From Carcharhinus longimanus (taxonomy: Eukaryota): a DNA stretch of 64,000 bases. Position 1 is the first letter of the stretch. Each line of letters begins with the position of its first letter. The position numbers were made by a program, and so were the translations under genes. Positions 49,901 through 58,900 of the stretch are shown here, in pieces. The DNA is taken from the NCBI GenBank assembly GCA_030264375.1, contig JASCQW010000072.1, positions 106,429,782 to 106,493,781 on the forward strand, given 5' to 3'. The notes beneath the pieces were generated by a model, which was not told the DNA's origin, searched no databases, and saw nothing but the letters and a program-made list of their open reading frames with translations.

Positions 49901-52900
49901 CTTGCAAAACTGGGGTTACAGTGGCCCTGTGCTATCACCGAAAAGATGAGGTTTAAAAAAATCTGCTTCTAAGCATGGAGTGGGAGGTGCAGCAGTGCTT
50001 CTCCTGGTGCCAATTAAAACCAATTAATAATTTTAAATATGTACTATNNNNNNNNNNNNNNNNNNNNNNNNNNNNNNNNNNNNNNNNNNNNNNNNNNNNN
50101 NNNNNNNNNNNNNNNNNNNNNNNNNNNNNNNNNNNNNNNNNNNNNNNCATTAACAAAACAGGAGTTATATGAGATGCACTTGTAAAATGGAGCACCTTGG
50201 GGAAGGTTGGTGCAGGATTTGCTTCCAAAAAATTGCCCAAATAGCTTCTGCACCTACAATTAAGACTGCTACTCACTGCCCCTCCTTGTTCATCCCCTTC
50301 AGGTTCCAAGTTCCCCCACCCTACTTATTCTACTTAGTAGAAACATTTGCAAATTATTTTTTCTTTGCAATTCATGGGAATACCAGTCCTCGTATGGAAA
50401 AAAAATGTTGCAAACCGGTTTTATGTTTTTGAGACATCAGTTGCACTTTATAAGATAAAAGAAATTGGAACAGGAGTTGGACGTTGGAGCCTTATCCACC
50501 AATTAGCTAAGATCATGGCTGTTCTGATTGTGGCCTTAACTCCAATTTCCTGCCTTCCCTGGTAATCCTCAAGTGCCTTGTAGATCAAAAATCCATTTAA
50601 CTCATTCTATAACCCAGCCCAGTTTAACTATTCAATAACCCAGTCTCCACTGCTGTCTCAGGAAGAGAATTCCAAAGATTAATAACCTCTAAGAAAAGGG
50701 AATCCTCCTCATCTCCTTCTTAAATGAGGACCCCTTACTTTTAAACAGTGTCCCCAAGTTCTAGATTGCACCCTCCCATCCCAGAAAGGGCACATCCTCT
50801 CAGCATCTATCCTGTTGAGCCCTTTTGAAATCTTTTATGTTTAAATAAGATGATGTCTTATTGTTCTAAACTCCAGTAAGTATAGGTCCAACTTGCTCAA
50901 AAGTTTCCTCATAAGACAAACCCCTTCATCCCTTGATTCAGCCTAGTGAACCTTCTCTGAGTTGCCCCCAGTGCAGGTATATCCCTCCTTAAATAAGGAG
51001 ACTAGAAATGTACGCTTGTATAATCTATCCACCTTGCAATAAAGGCCAGTTTTAGAGTCATACAGTACAGAAGAGGCCCTTTGGCCCATCAAGTCTGCAC
51101 TGACAAAACAATATTAACTCTACACTGATTCCATTTTCCTGTACTTGGCCCACAGCTTTGAATGTTACACTATTTCAAGTGCCCGTCCACGTACTTTTTT
51201 TGAAGGCTGTTGGGTTTCCTGCCTCTACTACTCTCCCAGATGTTGCATTCCAGACTCCTACCATCCTCTAAGTTTAAAAAAGAGTTGCTCAAATCCCCTC
51301 TAATTCTCCTGCCCCTCATTATTGGTCCTTCAACTAAGGGGGAACAGCTGTTACCTATCCACGATGTCCATACCGCTCAGAATCTTATAGGCCTCAGTCA
51401 GGATCCTCCCTCAGCCTTCTCTGCTCTAAAGAAAACAATCAGAGCCTTTCCAGTCTCTTCTTATAGCTCAAATGCTCCATCCCAGCAATATTCTGGCATA
51501 TCTACTCTATACCCCCTCCAGTGCAATCACATCCTTTCTATAATGAGGCAGCCAGAACTTCCAACAGTACTCCAGCTGTGGCCTAACTAAAGTTTTGTAC
51601 AGCTCCAACATAATTCCCTACTCTTATAATCTATGCTACGACTGATAAAGGCAGTGTTCCATATGCCTTCTTAACTACCCTATATTAACCTGTCGTGTCA
51701 CCTTCAGGGATGTGTGGACAAGCACCCCAAGATCCCTCTGTTCCTCTGAGCTTCCTAGCGCCCTGCCATTCATTGAGTACTTCTTTAACTTGTTACTCCT
51801 TCCAAAGTGCATCATCTCTCACTTTTCAGGGTTAAACTTCATCTGCCATGGGGATCTGCCCATCTGACCAACCTGTCTATATCTTCCTGCAGTCTACCAC
51901 CTTCGTCCTTAGTATTAGCCACCCTGTCAATCTTTGTGTCATCTGCAAACTTACTTATTATTCCCCCCTCACATTCTCATTGCGTTTATATATATATATC
52001 ACAAATAATAGGAGACTTAGCACTGATCACTGTGGTACACCACTGGACACTGACCTCCAGTTACACCAAAGAGCCTTCTATCACCACCCTCTGTCTACCA
52101 CTAAGCCAGTTTTGGATCCACCTTGCCAAGTTATCCTGGACTCCATGTGCTTTACCTTCTTTATCAGTCTCCCGTGTGGGACCTTGTCAGAGGTTTTACT
52201 GAAATCCATAAACTACATCAACTTAATGACCCTCATCTACACAACTCATCACCATCTTGAAAAATTCAAATTTGTTCAGCATGATTTCCCTCTGACATAG
52301 TCATACTGACTAACTCTGATCAAACCTTGCCTGCCCAAGTGGGGATTAATTCTCTCCTTCAGAATTTTCTCCGATGATGTCCTGATTTCCTGAGATTCAC
52401 TGGTCTGTACTGGTTTATCTCTACCACCCTTTTTGAAAAGTGGAGTCACATTAACTGTCCTGTAATTCTCTGGCACATCCCCCGTGTCCAGAAAAATGTG
52501 TAAGTTTATGCCTGTATATTTATGCATTGTCTATTGGATCCAATGTACTACAAATACATTCAATTTAAATAGTTTTAAGATTTATGTTTTTGTTTTAGCC
52601 ATTCGAACTTGTATCCTTGCTGGGCAGCGAGAATGTTGCTGAACAAGTGAAATCCTTGTTAATAGAAAAGAAACAACTGCAGAGTGAAACTCAGGGTTAC
52701 TTACAGGAGATTCACCAAAAAGAACAACGGTTCCAACAGCTGAATAGCAAGGTAATTTAGGTTCATTTATGTACAATGCTTCAGATGACTATGAATTTAA
52801 ATCTAGTGCTAAATAGTCGTTTGTGGTGTTTATGGTTTGATTAGATCTTACAGGGCAGCACGGTGGCACAGTGGTTAGCACTGCTGCTTCACAGCGTCAG

Positions 52901-55900
52901 GGACCCAGATTCGATATCTGCTTGGGTCACTGTCTGTATGGAGTTTGCACGTTCTCCCCGTGTCTGCGTAGGTTTCCTCCGGTTGCTCCGATTTCCTCCC
53001 ACGTTCTGAAAGATGTGCTGGTTAGATGCATTGACCCAAGCAGGTGCCGAACTGTGGTGACTAGGGGAATTTCACAGTAACTTCATTGCAGTGTGAGTGG
53101 AAGCCTTACACATGACTAATAAATAAACTTTTAACTTTACAATCATTCACTGTCTCACCAACACAGGTTATGCAGTGCATTGAAGAGAAAGCCACATTAT
53201 CTAGCCAACTAAAAGCAGTCTCTCAGACTCTGCGTGATACCCAGACACGTTATGGGGATCTCCAGGATCGTTACTACAGATTGGAAAGACAATACCAAGC
53301 TATACGCTCATCATTGCAGAATGAGGATCAAGTAGGTGGAGTATAAAAAGTGGCTGGATAGATTCAGCAGGTCTGGCAGCATCTGTGGAGAGACATATAG
53401 AGTTAATGTTTCAAATCCATATGACTCTTGGGAGCTGAAGAGGGAGAATTGTATGGATTTTAAATTGTTGGAGAGGGGATGGGGCAGGTGGGAGTGAAAT
53501 AGGTATGAGCTGGGAGAGATTGAACAAAGATGTTTGGTGCAGAAGACAATGGAAGTATTAATGGCAGTGTTTAGGACTGTAGAAGATGCTTATAATGGCA
53601 CTAAGGTGCAATATGTGTTACAGTGAGAACAAAGGTCAGTGCTACTGACTCCTTTCAGGTGAAGTAGCAATCCACATGCTCCTCCTTCAGTTTGGTCTGC
53701 TGTATTTGCTGCTCCCAGTGCAATCAGCTCTGATGAAGAGTTATCCAGACCCAAAACGTTGGCTTTATTTTCTCTCCACAGATGCTGTCAGACCTGCTGA
53801 GATTTTCCAGCATTTCTATTTTCATTGCGGTCTCCTCTGCTGGGAGACTAAACGCAGACTGGGTGACCACTTTGCAGAACACCTTTGATCAGTCTGCAAG
53901 CATGACCCCAACTATCCTGTCGCTTGCCATTTTAACTCAGCATCTTGCTCTCCTGTCCACATGTCCATCCTTGGCCCATTGCGGTGTTCAAGTGAAGCTC
54001 AACGCAAACTGGAAGAACAACACCTCATCTTTCTGGTTAGGCATGTTACATCCTTCTGGACTTAATATTGAGTTTACAGTCTGCTTTAGACGGTAAACCT
54101 GCTTTCCACATTGACCCTTTTGTTTTACAATCCAAAATCATTTTTGTCCTAATGCTACCACCTTCCTCCCCTACAGGACCATCTGTGACTTGTTCTTTAT
54201 TCTGCTTTCACGTTCTGCTATCTTACCTTAATGTCACTATCAGCAACTCCTACAGTCCTTAACACTTTGTTTGTCTTGTGCTCAAAACATCTTCACAAAA
54301 TCACTCCTTACTCACATCTATTACCAACATTTTGTTTTTATTTTTCTCTATCCACTTTCTAACAGCATAACATCAATCACCTTTCCCCTTCTCTTTAGCT
54401 CTGGACAAGAGTCTTGTGGATATGAAATGCTAGTTCCTTTCTGCACAGATGCACCTAGACCTGGTTTTCTCTTTCTGTTTTAGATTTCCAGTATCTGCAG
54501 TATTTTGCCTTTATGAAAAGTAGCAGGTTGTCCTGTAGAATGTTCTCATTTGCAACCCTATTTAAAATACAAAATACTGAAGGGAAGAAGGGATAAAGTA
54601 GATGCACAAAGTAGAAAGATTAAAACTTAAGGTTAGAAAGAATGAGAAAGAACAGAGATGATGAGGATAATGTTGGACAACTATGTAAATTTTAAACAAT
54701 TCTGATAGATATATTAAAACACCATAACTACATGTTCTTAAATATGTAAAATTGTGCACTGTTCGGTAATGATGTGGAGATGCCGTTGTTGGATTGGGGT
54801 GAGCACAGTAATAAGTCTCACAACACCAGGCTAAAGTCCAACAGGTTTATTTGGAATCAGCAGCTTTCGGAGTGCTGCACCTTCATCAGGTGATGAAATT
54901 CTTTGTTTTTGTTTGTGAGTAGAGAGTTGGGTTCACAAACAGGGTATATATTGACAAGACTCAATTGCAAGATAATGGTTGGAATGCGAGTCTTTACAGA
55001 TGATCAAGTCTTTACAGATATGAACAATGCGAGTGGAGAGAGGGATAATCATAGGATAAAGAGGTGTGAATTGTGTGTGTGGAACTTGGCTATCAAAGCC
55101 AAATTCCGCACACATAAGGACAGCCTCAACCGAGATCTTGGATTCGTGTCGCACTACGCTCCTTTACCTGATGAAGGAGCAATGCTAAAAAAGCTCATGA
55201 TTCTAAATAAAGCTGTTCGACTTAAACGTGGTGTTGTGAGACTTCTTATTGAAATAGTGTTGAACCTGAAACTGGTGAACGGCACAGTAGTTGATTAGTT
55301 AAATACGTTGGGATTCAGTTGATGTTAAATGACAATCACTGTACTAACCTTTAATTCCTTCTCAATCCTAAATGTAAACTTAGATTTGCTGTGTACCATC
55401 TACAATTCCTACCTAATTGATGGCCATATAGGGTTTGACATTAAGGATGAGAATTTTAAAATTGAGGTGTTGCTGGATCTCGGAGCCACTGTGTTTCAGG
55501 AGTGATGGATGAACACAACTCGGTGTGAATAAGGATGTTTTAATGATTTTAATCTTCTTCTGCAGCCAGGCCACGGAACAGCAGCGATTAAGCTTTGGCA
55601 ATCGCAATCATGTTTCCAGCCCATGGAGGATTTTTCTTTTGCCAATTGACCACAGTTTTTCTTAGCCTGAACTTTATAGGCAATCCAAGTGTTAATTAAA
55701 ATTGGATTCTTATCTTTTTGCGGCTGTGCTATAGAATGAAGCTAATGAAGAAGTTCCTCCAGGAGCTCCCCAGGAGCGTGCCAGCGTGATAGTGGAAATT
55801 GACAACTTGGAGCTGATTGAACTACGGAGGAGGTGAGTGTAACTTGTTCTGCATTTTTACAGCACAGTTATTTCACCTACTCAGAGCCCAAGGAGGAATT

Positions 55901-58900
55901 TCATCAATGTATAAAAAATGTTTGTGTATATTTTAAATGAGTCTGGATTTGGTGAACTTTATGAAGTTCAGCAAAGAGAGTTTTCTGGAGATATCAATTA
56001 CTCATCTACTTTACGACAAATAATTAATCACATCAAAAGAAAAAAATCTCTAGTGGTTAAAGAGAAGGGAAGGACTATCAAGGTCACTGGCTGTGTAGAG
56101 TTTGCATATTCTCCTTGTGTCTGCATGGGTTTCCTCTGGGTGCACCGGTTTTCTCCCACAGTCTGAAAGACATTGTTATGGGTAAAATGTTAGAATCCGT
56201 CATCAAGGAGGAAATAGCGAGGCATCTTGAGGGGAATTGCTTGATAGAGCAGACGNNNNNNNNNNNNNNNNNNNNNNNNNNNNNNNNNNNNNNNNNNNNN
56301 NNNNNNNNNNNNNNNNNNNNNNNNNNNNCACCAGAGGTGTGGCGGCTAAGGAATTTTCACAGTAACTTCATTGCAGTGTTAATGTAAGCCTACTTGGGGA
56401 GAACATTTAGATTCCGCACAGACAGTGACCCAAATCAGGAATCGAACCCAGGTCCTGGCACAGTGAGACAGCAGTGCTAATCACTATGCCACCTTTGTGC
56501 AGTGGATACCAATTCACTAATTTTCTTGTAGCTGGAACTTGATCTGATTCTGGCTGGGGAGGATATGTTCCCACAAAAGATAGGTGCAACATAAAATTAA
56601 CAGGGCCAGAATGATGCTTCGACCTTGTTTTGACTATTTAAGGGAGTTGGGGAGGAATTTCCCGCAGTTTACTTCCTCATGTTGACCCAGGCTGCTAACT
56701 TTTTTTTGCCTCTCCAAGGGGATCACAAAGATGGGAAGAGGGAGAGTATGTATGTTAATACAGAGGCTGTCATAATTGTATGGGATAGGTTGGATCTCTT
56801 CCTGTCTGGCAGTGTATATATGGTTGTAAAGTCTTCAGTGAGGGAGGTTGTAAGTACAGGAACAATATGAGCTATTTAAAAGAGAGACCCGAATCAGAAA
56901 TAATTGATGTGAGTACTGATACTGCAATTTCCCACTTCCAAAGAACTCTATTTGGGAAATTATGAACCAGCTCCATCTGAAGTTGGCAATTTTAATAATT
57001 GAAAATTTGGGCCATAACTCCATAATTCTTCACACTGAGGGTGCCCATTCATGGAATCAAACCTCTGAAGAAACAATGGAAATAGTGGAAATCGTAGCTC
57101 AGAAAAGGGCAGACAAGCTTGTTGGACTGAATGGCNNNNNNNNNNNNNNNNNNNNNNNNNNNNNNNNNNNNNNNNNNNNNNNNNNNNNNNNNNNNNNNNN
57201 NNNNNNNNNNNNNNNNNNNNNNNNNNNNNNNNNNNNNNNNNNNNNNNNNNNNNNNNNNNNNNNNNNNNNNNNNNNNNNNNNNNNNNNNNNNNNNNNNNNN
57301 NNNNNNNNNNNNNNNATGGCCAACTCCTGTTTCACTGATCACTTGTCTCTGTCTTAGAAACCTTTAGTGTTAACTATTGTGAAGCATCCACAATGTTTGA
57401 AAGTTAGAAATTGGTAGTTCTTAATGAAATCTGCTGAATAACTTCAAATTTGCACATACCTAGAGAATGCAGAAATTCCCAAGTACTTCAGTGACTCTGA
57501 TAAGGCGTCATGTAGTTGCAGAGATACGTTTCTCAGTGATTGATACATTTTATTGCCATTTAATATTCAGCACTTGAAAGCAAATTTCAAGAAATGTTTT
57601 CAGTATCAGTCTGGCTCTGTGGTATCTCAGTAGTACTTTGATTCCAACCCAGTTCCAAGACTTGAGCACATAATTTGACGTACATTTCTGTACGGTGTAA
57701 TGCTCGAAGTGCTGGCCTTTGGATGAGACACGAAACTGAGGCACCATCTGCCTGTTCACATCAACATAAAAGACCCCATGTCACACTTCATAGAAAAGGA
57801 TTACCCAGCCAAACTTTAACGAACAATGCCTGAAGAATGTGTATGTTAATTGATCATTCCTCTTACGGCTGTTTGTGGAACCTCACTATTTGCAAATGGG
57901 CTGTCAAGTTTGCTGACAAAATAACAATGCTTGAACTGCAGAAATACACATTTGGCTGTGAGGTACTTTGAGACACCATAAAAGGGTTAAAGTTGCTGTC
58001 CAAATGCTGGTATTTCTCTGTTGCTTGTCAGTCACAGACTTTGTTGTTGCTCATGACCTAGGCTTGCAGAATCGGATCAACGTAATGATTCTGCACACCA
58101 GGAGCTGTCTCAGTTAGCGGAAATGCTAGCACATGAAGAGCTAAGAAGAAGTGCTGCTGAGGAAGCATTGATGGCAGCTGAAGAAATGCTTAAGCGGTTA
58201 GTGTTAAAACTCACGCTCTTTCATTTTGAATTGTCCTGGAGCATCGTGTAAGGATATCGCTGCCCTGCCTGTTCCGGTTCAAATTACATTGTTTAAAGTA
58301 GTTGTTCTGATGCATTTGAAAATGAATGTGCATGTATGTATGGTCATCAGTCAGCACGGTGTCATTACTGCATGGAAATGCTGAGCGATATCTTGGAATA
58401 CACGCTCTCTGTTTCAACTGAGCAGAGTGATCTTGCAGTATTTGAGTTTTTGCCCTGTGGACAAAGACCTCTGAGTTTGTGTGCAGAAGAATAGAATAAT
58501 CTAACTGCATAGAAAGAAGCTCATCGTGTCCTCATGCCTGTGGCAGCGCTTTGAAAGAGCTATCCAATTAGTTTCACTCTCCTGCTGTTTCCTCGTAGTC
58601 CAGTGAACTTTTCCTTTTTAAGTAGTGATCCAACTCCCCATTGAATGTTACTGTTGAATCTGCTTCCACTACCCTTTCGGCCAATGTATTCAAAGTCATA
58701 ATGTGCTAAGTAAAATAAATTTCTCTTTCCCTCTTCCTTTTTTTTCACCAATTAGCATATTTCTGTACCTTCTGGTTGGCAAACTGTTTATTGAAAACAG
58801 TTTCTCCTTTTCTACACCAGCTAAACCCCTCACAGAAAACTCCATAGTCTGCAGAAAGCTACACTCCTCAAGCAACTGATCTTAAATTAGAGGAGAGAAT

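Noticed and set aside
52853-52925. tRNA-like A/B boxes here and in similar copies
   Set aside because: These are SINE heads followed by V-domains, not complete tRNA cloverleaves
54860-54892. Intact active hammerhead ribozyme on the minus strand (also 62086-62120)
   Set aside because: CTGATGA and GAAA are present, but the cleavage-site base is G and stems I/II are disrupted
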